32,000 bases of DNA from Pedobacter cryoconitis (GTDB lineage Bacteria > Bacteroidota > Bacteroidia > Sphingobacteriales > Sphingobacteriaceae), in NCBI RefSeq assembly GCF_014207135.1, contig NZ_JACHCC010000012.1, positions 147,569-179,568 of the forward strand. Reading direction: 5' to 3'. Shown here in pieces: positions 1 to 7,810 of the stretch (position 1 is its first letter; every line of letters begins with the position of its first letter). Position numbers and translations under genes: made by a program. The notes beneath the pieces are model-generated. The model made no database searches. It was not told the DNA's origin and was given only the letters and a program-made list of their open reading frames with translations.

Positions 1-583
1 AGTACGCAATCAATAAATTGGGTATCCAGCAAAGCCAGGAGACAGTTCTGTAGGCCGGAGTGAAATCATGCATTAAAAAAACAAGCAGCGGAAGCCAGAT
101 CCTCAGTGTTACTGCTGCAAAACAGGCTGCATAACTGTATAACATCATTTGCTGATGCAGCAGGACCTGTTTCCTGATGATATAGCTATAGGCAAGCCAG
201 GTTGTGCCCAGCCAGATGATACCCAAACAGGTAAATCCTATGGAAGTGATCAGCCCTCCTGTCGCGTGATAGGCAATTTTCAGGCTGGCCACCGCACTCA
301 GCAGACTTGCTATCACATAGATCTTTCCCGTTTGCCGGTGTAATTTTATATTTTTCTCTCTTAAGTTCCGGCTGAATTGTGTCCATCCGATTAATAAGGC
401 AATTCCCCCTGCAACGATATGGATATAAAAAGCAATATTCCAGAACACGTTACTTAAAAGTTCCGCATCCTTAGATTTCAGCAGGGCAAACTTTCTGTCC
501 AGGACGAAATACAATGTAGGGTAAAGACCAATTAAAATACATGCGAGGGCGAATACCAGCCAGATTATCTTTTTAGTTCTCAT
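1..583 (-). CDS. Integral membrane protein, DUF2306-like (3' end cut by window edge)
   Basis: Absent from the ORF track because it runs off the left edge. Reading the minus strand by hand from ATG at 583..581 gives an unbroken frame to position 1 (MRTKKIIWLVFALACILIGLYPTLYFVLDRKF...NIKLHRQTGKIYVIASLLS...WLCWIPNLLIAY). It has several hydrophobic helices and an HRxxGxxY motif that I associate with DUF2306. Its ATG overlaps the TGA of the upstream gene (tcat at 580..583 = ATGA on the minus strand). Track ORFs 149..343(+) and 186..386(-) lie inside it and are treated as shadow ORFs. Confidence 0.6.
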   Translation of the reverse strand, partial: MRTKKIIWLVFALACILIGLYPTLYFVLDRKFALLKSKDAELLSNVFWNIAFYIHIVAGGIALLIGWTQFSRNLREKNIKLHRQTGKIYVIASLLSAVASLKIAYHATGGLITSIGFTCLGIIWLGTTWLAYSYIIRKQVLLHQQMMLYSYAACFAAVTLRIWLPLLVFLMHDFTPAYRTVSWLCWIPNLLIAY

Positions 584-1161
584 TTTTTATGCAGAAAATT
601 TTCCTGTTCTTTTTTTAACCTGTCATTATATGCACTATTTACGTATGCATCATTGATACGTCTGTGTCTTTTGTAGTAATTCTTAAGTATTTTGTCCCTG
701 GCCAGTAAAGAAAGAGTCTGTAAAGAGACTGGTTCGTAATTATCCCCGTCAGCACTTTTCCGGGAAAATAAATAGGGTGGAAGAGCTGAGAAATAAATTG
801 TCCATTGCTCATTTTCCAGGGTACCATATAAAATATCAACTTCATCCTGCGAGGCTTTGAGATCTTTATGCTGGATTAACAATAATAAATAACACTTGTC
901 CCTTTTCTGATTAAAAAAGACAGCATCATCTACTTTCCAATTGCTTTTTCTGAGTTTTTGAACACCTTGCAGATCTGAAGAAATCCATGTACGGAGACTG
1001 TGCTGTGTACTGAGCTGTACCTGATGATAAACGTCCGTTTTTTTGAAAACATCCAGCTGGGCATTATACAATGCCCTTTTCTGATCGGGATTAAGACAAC
1101 CTGCAAGACCTGTAATTGAAATCAATACTAACAGGTACTTTCTTTCAAACTTATGGAGCAT
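580..1161 (-). CDS. Hypothetical lipoprotein
   Basis: 193-aa ORF. The N-terminus MLHKFERKYLLVLISITGLAGC has a lipobox-like L-A-G-C after a hydrophobic segment. No recognisable catalytic motif. A 4-nt stop/start overlap with the downstream DUF2306-like gene suggests co-translation. Confidence 0.6.
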   Translation of the reverse strand: MLHKFERKYLLVLISITGLAGCLNPDQKRALYNAQLDVFKKTDVYHQVQLSTQHSLRTWISSDLQGVQKLRKSNWKVDDAVFFNQKRDKCYLLLLIQHKDLKASQDEVDILYGTLENEQWTIYFSALPPYLFSRKSADGDNYEPVSLQTLSLLARDKILKNYYKRHRRINDAYVNSAYNDRLKKEQENFLHKK

Positions 1162-1275
1162 CGGTTTCCGGTTTATTAACGGTTCAGTGTCAAGTTTTTA
1201 TACAGGTAATTTAAGAAGATATATTAACTAATTGAATTGAAAAGAAATTAAAATTTTAAACAGGCTTTAAAACGA

Positions 1276-2022
1276 TTACAGAAAGGTAACACCCGATTGT
1301 TTATAGAGCTCAAATGCTTTGTGACTGATGTCTTCTTCAGTAATCAGATAAGAAAGTTCTTCCAGACGGCATACCGCATACGGATCTTTGGTATCCAGTT
1401 TATTGAAATTGCAAAGCACAGCTACCTGGTCAGAAGCGCTGATCATTGCCCTTTTAAGCTCGGCTTCTTCTTTATAAGTTGCTGTAACACCTTTTTCATC
1501 TATAGAGCAGGCACCAAGGAAAAAGATATCTGCACGATATTGCGCTGCACCTTTTACGGCCTCCAGCCCATATAAGGTTTCTGTTGCACTGATAAATTCT
1601 CCTCCTAATACTATGGTTTTGATGCCATTGTAATGCGCCAGAAGAGGGATAATCGCCATATTATTCGTAATAACAGTCAACCTGATATCTGTTGGGAATA
1701 AAGAGACAAGCGTATAAACCGAAGTCCCTCCATCCAGGAAAATGGTTTGTCCATTACTGATCAGACTCAGTGCTTTCAGGGCAATGACCTCTTTATCCTG
1801 GCTCAGGTATCCGATCCGTTCTTTAAAAGTAAGGGGGTTTTCAGCTCTTGGTATAGCGCCCCCACGTACTTTGGATAACAGACCATTTTTTGCAAGTTCT
1901 TCAATGTCGCGTCTGACCGTATCTTCAGAAATATTCAGCGCAGTACTTAGACTACTGAATTCTACAATTTTTTCCTGATCAAGTTTACCCAGTATATAAT
2001 TAAACCGCTGTTCCTTTTTCAT
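1276..2022 (-). CDS. DeoR/GlpR-family transcriptional regulator
   Basis: 248 aa. N-terminal winged HTH (RFNYILGKLDQEKIVEFSSLSTALNISEDTVRRDIEELAKNGLLSKVRGGA) followed by a DeoR-C sugar-phosphate-sensor-type domain (IFLDGGTSV...VITNN...IFFLGACSID). Starts 3 nt after the stop of the upstream MFS gene. Confidence 0.9.
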   Translation of the reverse strand: MKKEQRFNYILGKLDQEKIVEFSSLSTALNISEDTVRRDIEELAKNGLLSKVRGGAIPRAENPLTFKERIGYLSQDKEVIALKALSLISNGQTIFLDGGTSVYTLVSLFPTDIRLTVITNNMAIIPLLAHYNGIKTIVLGGEFISATETLYGLEAVKGAAQYRADIFFLGACSIDEKGVTATYKEEAELKRAMISASDQVAVLCNFNKLDTKDPYAVCRLEELSYLITEEDISHKAFELYKQSGVTFL

Positions 2023-2025
2023 TGA

Positions 2026-3174
2026 TCAGAATTTTTTAAAATAGTAAGATACACTGACTACCAGTAATAATAGTGCAATACAACATAAAGCAATAGGGAG
2101 GGAGCTGAAATAGGCAATTAATCCAATTCCGGCAGGTCCTGCCAGTGAACCTGCGTAACCCATTGTGGTCACCGCAGGTAAGGATACTGCTGCAGGTACG
2201 TTTTTTAATTTGCCGGCAGCACTGAAGAAAACAGGGACAATGTTCGCGGCACCCAGACCAACCAGTGTAAAGCCGGCCAGGGAAAGCCATCCCCATGGAC
2301 TGGTTACTGCGACGATAAAACCTGTCGCCGAAATTAGTGAACCGAAACAAACGATCTTTTTCGGCTGTAATTTATCTACAAATTTGTCTCCTAACAAACG
2401 CATGGCTGTCATGGCAATAGAGAAAGCGGCATAACCTATCCCAGCAATAGCAGGGTCGAAGTTTTTAATATCCTTTAGAAATACTGCACTCCAGTCAAGG
2501 ATAGAGCCTTCGGCAAGAAAAACGACAAAACACATCAAACCCAGGAAAATTACAGTGGATCCCGGCCAGGAAAATTTCACTTTTTCCTGATCTTCCGTTA
2601 CCGGTTGTTCAGGCAGCAGATAATGATACTGGCTCAGCGCAATAATCAGTAATAAAACAGAGACTACGCAGGCCGCAATAAGCGGAGATAAACCGGATTT
2701 GATCATCCCACCAATAAAAAGCGGTCCCAATATTCCCCCCAGGCTATATAATCCATGGAAAGATGACATAATATGCTGCGTATAATGCCGCTCAATCTGA
2801 ATGGCCTGGGCGTTCATGGCAACACCTATCGCGCCTATAGCTGCACCAAAGGAGAATAATGTTGCACCCATCGTTACTGGGGTATTCATAATTAAAAGCA
2901 GGGGAAGAATGATTGCAATCAGGAAACTTGCCACAAGGATTGTTTTTTTACTTCCAAATTTATGGATGAGAATCCCGGTTACAGGCATTATGACCAGTGC
3001 CCCGGTACCAAGCATCAATAATAGCAGGCCCAGGTTGGCATCATTAAATGCCAGACGGTCTTTAGTATAAGGGACCATAGGTGCCCAGCTGGCGGTTCCT
3101 AAACCAGAAACCAGAAAAAAAAGCATGGTCGATCTGCGTGCAGCAATCAGCGTTGGTTTTATTATTTCACTCAT
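2026..3174 (-). CDS. MFS transporter
   Basis: 382 aa, almost entirely hydrophobic with about 12 predicted helices and a central loop (LPEQPVTEDQEKVKFSWPG). This organisation is typical of the major facilitator superfamily. Probably operonic with the DeoR gene. Confidence 0.85.
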   Translation of the reverse strand: MSEIIKPTLIAARRSTMLFFLVSGLGTASWAPMVPYTKDRLAFNDANLGLLLLMLGTGALVIMPVTGILIHKFGSKKTILVASFLIAIILPLLLIMNTPVTMGATLFSFGAAIGAIGVAMNAQAIQIERHYTQHIMSSFHGLYSLGGILGPLFIGGMIKSGLSPLIAACVVSVLLLIIALSQYHYLLPEQPVTEDQEKVKFSWPGSTVIFLGLMCFVVFLAEGSILDWSAVFLKDIKNFDPAIAGIGYAAFSIAMTAMRLLGDKFVDKLQPKKIVCFGSLISATGFIVAVTSPWGWLSLAGFTLVGLGAANIVPVFFSAAGKLKNVPAAVSLPAVTTMGYAGSLAGPAGIGLIAYFSSLPIALCCIALLLLVVSVSYYFKKF

Positions 3175-3227
3175 AGTTATGCGAAATTAAGCAAATTTGC
3201 ATAATGTTGCAAAACAGAATAGTGATT

Positions 3228-4067
3228 TTAAGTATTCAGCGTATAGAACTCTCTTGTAGTATGTTTTAATGCATGCAAAGAATTGATTTCAGTGACAATG
3301 AAAAGAAGTAAAGACATTTTTATCGGATCAGACGGTTTCTGAAAACCGGGGATGGCAAAATGCGGCATTTGCTTTTCGTTGACTACCCCTCGGTAATGCT
3401 CATAAATCCCTATACTGTTGAGGTTTAATGTTGTCAGTAGTTTGAGGATCTGGTAGTTGTTGGTATCGTCGTCTTTGCCATGCAGATAAACCAGTAGTTC
3501 CTTCTGCACTTTTAAAACATAACTATAAACTGAAAATGAAATTTCATCATCCGGATACTGATCTTCAAATCGTAAAACAGCTATCAGGTGAGTAACGATT
3601 GTAGCATTGATACTTCTTTCCAGTAGTGACTTCTCTATGAAAATATGATTTTCTCCCTGTTGGGACTGATGTTGTTCTATGAAACTGTCAGGAACTTTTC
3701 CTTCCATTTTAAAGAAATCCTTTAACTGCGTATGCAGCAGCAGGAGTATAGTCACGCAAGCATTATATAGTCTTTGTAAAACTACTCTTCCTTCATCCTC
3801 ATCATTTGCATCTTCCGGGAGATTAGTTAAGAACTGGTGGAGCTGATCTATCATGACCACCAGTGCATGCTGATGATAATGGAAATAATCTGTTAAAAAT
3901 ATAGCTTCTTGTCTGAGACTGATTTCTTTGAATGTATCACAGATGCGTTCGGTCTCCAGTGCAATATTTTCAATAAAATTATGTTGACTTTTCATCCAGC
4001 TTTCAAGCCTGTCATACTGAAGTAAGGCATTGACCATCGACTTGAATTGCTGCAGTTCATATTTCAT
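3228..4067 (-). CDS. Hypothetical protein (soluble, helical, no recognised domain)
   Basis: 279-aa ORF with a clean ATG at 4067..4065, 32 nt downstream of the TetR gene on the same strand. No signal peptide, TM segment or motif that I recognise. Confidence 0.55.
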   Translation of the reverse strand: MKYELQQFKSMVNALLQYDRLESWMKSQHNFIENIALETERICDTFKEISLRQEAIFLTDYFHYHQHALVVMIDQLHQFLTNLPEDANDEDEGRVVLQRLYNACVTILLLLHTQLKDFFKMEGKVPDSFIEQHQSQQGENHIFIEKSLLERSINATIVTHLIAVLRFEDQYPDDEISFSVYSYVLKVQKELLVYLHGKDDDTNNYQILKLLTTLNLNSIGIYEHYRGVVNEKQMPHFAIPGFQKPSDPIKMSLLLFIVTEINSLHALKHTTREFYTLNT

Positions 4068-4099
4068 GGTATTTCTGACGTTTATTGAAAAATTGAGTG

Positions 4100-4753
4100 T
4101 TAATTTTTAGTTGTTCCTTTTTCAGGTGCTTCATAAGCCCATTGTATGATATGGCGAATGGTTCTGACAATTTCTTCTCTTCCTGAAGGAGCATTGATAT
4201 CAAGGCCACAAATGGTACCTCCGTTAATTTTGGCTTGTAAAACCAGGTAATAAATACCTGAAACCAATAAAGCACTTACACCTCTGAAACTAATCCCGGA
4301 ATCTTTAAAATGCGGATCAGTCAGTTTTAACAGGCTGGCCCCAATATTTCCCCTGATATTACATATGCTGGCTATCAGAGAGCTTTTAGAAGTCAGTTCT
4401 TCTAAAATAAGACGCTGCATATCTTTTTCTTCATAAAAGAAAGTAAACTGGCGTTCCAGGATAGCGGAAATAATTTCCCTGGCTCTATCAGGAGTTTGGA
4501 TGTCGTTAAATTCCTGCATTTTACCAGCAAACCTGAGCCAGTAATCTTTTTCCAGTATATAGGCTTCTACCAGAGCGTTCCCATCTCCGAAATAGCGATA
4601 AATGAGTTTTTTGTCTACACCAGCCTTGTTTGCAATTTTGTTCACACCTAAACCTGAATATCCTTTTTCTGTGATAATTTCACCTACTGCCTGCAACAAT
4701 TTTCTTTTAGTTTGCTCTTTGTTCCTGTGTCTGACATTATCTTTACTTTCCAT
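4100..4753 (-). CDS. TetR/AcrR-family transcriptional regulator
   Basis: 217 aa. N-terminal TetR HTH (RKLLQAVGEIITEKGYSGLGVNKIANKAGVDKKLIYRYFG) and a helical C-terminal ligand-binding-type domain. Confidence 0.9.
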   Translation of the reverse strand: MESKDNVRHRNKEQTKRKLLQAVGEIITEKGYSGLGVNKIANKAGVDKKLIYRYFGDGNALVEAYILEKDYWLRFAGKMQEFNDIQTPDRAREIISAILERQFTFFYEEKDMQRLILEELTSKSSLIASICNIRGNIGASLLKLTDPHFKDSGISFRGVSALLVSGIYYLVLQAKINGGTICGLDINAPSGREEIVRTIRHIIQWAYEAPEKGTTKN

Positions 4754-5213
4754 AGCCGGTAAGGGGATTGATTCACGCTTAATTATTCAATAATCTGCCG
4801 CTTGGAGCTACTGTTTTTTTGACATGAATGGCCCTGATCAGACTTGCTATAGGTGAAATGATTCTCATCGGAAGGAGTTAATGATGTTTCCTAAAAGGCA
4901 ATATAGTGCATATTTTATTCAAAAGTGGTGACTTAGCATTTTTTTTACTATTTAGGTCTTTTATCGGTTTATTTAAAATCTGGCAAATTATTTTGTTCAT
5001 GTATTCCCGGAAAAGACTGAAATTTTATTCTCTGTATATCTATTTACCAGGCTGAACTATTCAGTAAAAATAATCTAATAAATTAGTAAATGGGTGATTT
5101 GAAATTAAATTCAAAAGAAATTAAGAATCCGATGAATTAGGGGTTAATCCAGTGTATGAATGGAAAACAATATTTAATATACGCAAAGTAAAATTTATCC
5201 GTTATTTTGTACG

Positions 5214-6122
5214 ATGAGACGATTTTTTACCTTTAAGACGATGATTTGCGGAGTTTTTATACTGACCGCTTCCCTAAATAGTTCTGCCCAGAAAAATGAG
5301 CTGAGAAAAAAACTACAGACGATTGTTCACGCGCATAATTCGACCATTGGTTTTTCGCTGGTAGATCTTCAAAGCGGCGATACGCTTACAGTGAATGGCG
5401 GACAGCATTTACCGATGCAGAGTGTTTACAAATTTCATCTTGCCCTGGCAGTTTTAAATCAGGTTGATCAGGGAAAATTACAACTGGATAAAAAGATACT
5501 GATTAAAAAAAGCGATCTTTTACCAAACACCTGGAGCCCGCTGAGAGACAAATATCCTAATGGAGAGGTCGAGGTGCCGTTATCAGAAATTTTAAGTTAT
5601 ACAATTTCTCAAAGTGATAATAATGGTTGTGATATTCTATTCCGCCTGCTGGGAGGACCTGCCCAAGTTAACCGGTATATCCATAGTTTAGGGATTAAAG
5701 AAGTCTCGATTGTGGCTACTGAAGAACAAATGCACAAGAATGAGCAGGTACAGTTTACCAACTGGACGACGCCACGTGCAGCTACACAGTTGCTGAAATT
5801 ATTTTATGGCAAGAGTTTACTTTCCGAAACTTCACACGAATTTTTGTGGAAAGTTATGGCAGAGACTACTACAGGCCCGAACAAAATTAAAGGATTACTT
5901 CCTCCCGGTACTCCTGTTGCCCATAAAACAGGAAGTTCCGGAGCAAATAAAGCCGGATTAACCGCTGCATCAAACGATATAGGGATTGTAACATTGCCTA
6001 ACGGAAAACATTTTGCAGTTGCAGCATTTGTATCGATGAGTAAAGAAGATGAAAAAGCAACTGATCTGATTATGGCCGAACTCACTAAAGCAAGCTGGGA
6101 TTATCTGAACACAAAGAAGTAG
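5214..6122 (+). CDS. Class A (serine) beta-lactamase, VEB/PER/CME-like
   Basis: 302 aa with a signal peptide (MICGVFILTASLNSSAQ). All class A signature motifs are present. S-x-x-K is MQSVYKF (Ser codon 5421..5423, Lys 5430..5432). S-D-N is at 5613..5621. The omega-loop is ATEEQMH...NWTTP. K-T-G is AHKTGSSG (Lys 5925..5927). Blocks such as DLLPNTWSPL, SDNNGCDIL, EEQMHK and NDIGIVTLPNG closely resemble VEB-1 as I remember it. Confidence 0.92.
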   Translation: MRRFFTFKTMICGVFILTASLNSSAQKNELRKKLQTIVHAHNSTIGFSLVDLQSGDTLTVNGGQHLPMQSVYKFHLALAVLNQVDQGKLQLDKKILIKKSDLLPNTWSPLRDKYPNGEVEVPLSEILSYTISQSDNNGCDILFRLLGGPAQVNRYIHSLGIKEVSIVATEEQMHKNEQVQFTNWTTPRAATQLLKLFYGKSLLSETSHEFLWKVMAETTTGPNKIKGLLPPGTPVAHKTGSSGANKAGLTAASNDIGIVTLPNGKHFAVAAFVSMSKEDEKATDLIMAELTKASWDYLNTKK

Positions 6123-6143
6123 CAGAACAGTAGACAGCTATTT

Positions 6144-6184
6144 AAAACCGTTGATCAGTTTAAGCTGATCAACGGTTTTTTTTT
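6144..6184 (+). terminator. Rho-independent terminator after the beta-lactamase gene
   Basis: Perfect 15-bp stem, aaaaccgttgatcag (6144..6158) pairing with ctgatcaacggtttt (6165..6179), with loop tttaag. A run of 9 T (6176..6184) follows the G-C part of the stem. It lies 22 nt after the stop codon. Confidence 0.85.
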
Positions 6185-6269
6185 GAATGAAGCGATCGCA
6201 TCATATGGCTATGTTAAATGTCATGCAGTTTATAAGAATTATATGATTGAATCGCTACTTTTATGTTCT

Positions 6270-6842
6270 ATGCAGAATAGCTGGACAGAAATCAAAAATC
6301 AACTGGAGAAAATTTCGTCAACTGTTGCAGATAGTTTTAACAAACCTGCTGGTGACGAAGAAATTGCGCTATTGGAGATGCATTTGAAGCAATCACTGCC
6401 AGGTTTTTTTAAAGAATATTTAAAAACTTTTAACGGGCAACTGCATAACGAATTTAAACTGCCTTTTGTTGGGTACAATTGCCTGTTAAGTATAGCCGAA
6501 ATCATTGATATCTATAAAAGGCTGCTAGACTTATTTGGAGATGAACCTAAAATTGATTGGGTTCAGGAGAATAAAGTTCAACCAGTTATCTGGGATAAAT
6601 CCTGGATTCCATTTACAGCTTCTGAAACAAATACTAAAATTGCTCTCGATCTTAATCCTGGTATAAATGGTGTTTATGGTCAGGTTATTCAACTGTGGCC
6701 AGGCCAGGATCTGGAAGGTGATCATATTGTGATTGCAAGTTCATTTGAAGAGTTTAGTGAAAAAATATTAAGTTATCTAAAGGAAAAAAAATACAAATTG
6801 GAAGAGGGAAAAATGACCTTTACTGACAATTGGATAATATAG
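6270..6842 (+). CDS. SMI1/KNR4 (SUKH superfamily) protein
   Basis: The track ORF starts at a TTG (6183) inside the terminator, so I prefer ATG 6270 (MQNSWTEIKNQLEKI...); ATG 6243 is also possible. The blocks EEIALLEMHLKQSLPGFFKEYLKTFNG, WIPFTASETNTKIALDLNP and GQVIQLW are typical of SMI1_KNR4/SUKH-1 domains. Confidence 0.75.
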   Translation: MQNSWTEIKNQLEKISSTVADSFNKPAGDEEIALLEMHLKQSLPGFFKEYLKTFNGQLHNEFKLPFVGYNCLLSIAEIIDIYKRLLDLFGDEPKIDWVQENKVQPVIWDKSWIPFTASETNTKIALDLNPGINGVYGQVIQLWPGQDLEGDHIVIASSFEEFSEKILSYLKEKKYKLEEGKMTFTDNWII

Positions 6843-6846
6843 TTTT

Positions 6847-7758
6847 ATGAAAAAAGGAAGTTTACTACTAATGGTACTGTCGCTAAGTACGTCCTTATAC
6901 GCCCAAACAAATGACTTTACCGGGAGTTATAATGGCACAAAACCAGAGATCGCGATGGAACTGCTGATCTTACCCGGGAACAGGTTTATTTATTCATTGA
7001 GCTATGGGGCTGTTGATCAGTTAATTCTCGGTAACTGGAAAGTTGAAGGACAAAAAATATTTCTTCAGGAACAGAGAGATGATACAGAGCCATTTGTCGT
7101 ATATGGTCGGAATAATGAACAATTAAAAAAAGGTAAACTCTTTATTTTTAGAGAATACGCGCAAAATACCGGGATTGGTTTTAGTTTCACTGATACTTTT
7201 ACGACGGATAGTTTTAAGCTGTTAAACAGCAGTACACAGTCCTATTTTAACCATGTCAACCGTTTGAACGTAATTTCAAAACCGGTAACCAGTTTTTTCC
7301 TTTCCAATCCGATACGTGGAACTTCAGGCAGGAGCGCTGTTTATAATTTTAATCCGCCCACAGAATGGAATGAATTTTTATTGCTTTATGATGGAAATAC
7401 AGACAGAGAATTGTTTACAGCCAGTTTTGTCCTGAAGGAAAATGTATTGTATAGTATAGGTCCGGAACAAAATGAAAGTCGTTTTGGTGCTAAAGAAGCG
7501 CTTCCTGCCGACTTCGATAAGATCTATTCCAGAGCCGCTTTAGGGAGACCTGAGTCCATTTCTCTACCAGATAGTCTTGATAATATTCATACCTATCATA
7601 CACTGAAACCGCTCAAACATTTTATTTCTGTACTTCATATTCCTGAAACCGGAGCTTATTTTGAGACTAAAGATAACGATATAGCTTCTCCGGTTACTGA
7701 TAATGTAAACCCGGCGTCCAATCCTCAAAAAAAACGTACGGTTAAAAAGAAGCAATAA
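6847..7758 (+). CDS. Hypothetical secreted protein
   Basis: 303 aa with a signal peptide (MKKGSLLLMVLSLSTSLYAQ) and a basic C-terminal tail (NPQKKRTVKKKQ). No recognisable domain. Starts 4 nt after the SMI1/KNR4 gene. Confidence 0.6.
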   Translation: MKKGSLLLMVLSLSTSLYAQTNDFTGSYNGTKPEIAMELLILPGNRFIYSLSYGAVDQLILGNWKVEGQKIFLQEQRDDTEPFVVYGRNNEQLKKGKLFIFREYAQNTGIGFSFTDTFTTDSFKLLNSSTQSYFNHVNRLNVISKPVTSFFLSNPIRGTSGRSAVYNFNPPTEWNEFLLLYDGNTDRELFTASFVLKENVLYSIGPEQNESRFGAKEALPADFDKIYSRAALGRPESISLPDSLDNIHTYHTLKPLKHFISVLHIPETGAYFETKDNDIASPVTDNVNPASNPQKKRTVKKKQ

Positions 7759-7810
7759 CCGATGGAATTATAGATTGACCTTCTTTTCAAAAATAAACCG
7801 AAAACCAGAT

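Noticed and set aside
149-386. Track ORFs 149..343 (+, 64 aa) and 186..386 (-, 66 aa)
   Set aside because: Both lie inside a much longer, edge-truncated minus-strand frame (1..583) that encodes a coherent multi-helix membrane protein. The short ORFs have low-complexity, non-protein-like sequences.
4057-4275. 72-aa minus-strand ORF overlapping the 3' end of the TetR gene
   Set aside because: It is an out-of-frame overlap with a well-supported TetR coding region, and its sequence is not protein-like.
4782-4794. AT-rich palindromes in the TetR/beta-lactamase spacer: attattcaataat (4782..4794) and ttgaaattaaattcaa (5098..5113, 7 of 8 pairs)
   Set aside because: These could be TetR operators. 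However, in a 460-bp strongly AT-rich spacer, short A/T palindromes of this kind are expected by chance. No second copy or conservation evidence is available.
5214-6122. Beta-lactamase as part of a mobile resistance element
   Set aside because: No IS, transposase, integrase, attC-like site or flanking direct/inverted repeats are visible within several kb on either side. The neighbours are ordinary housekeeping-type regulators.
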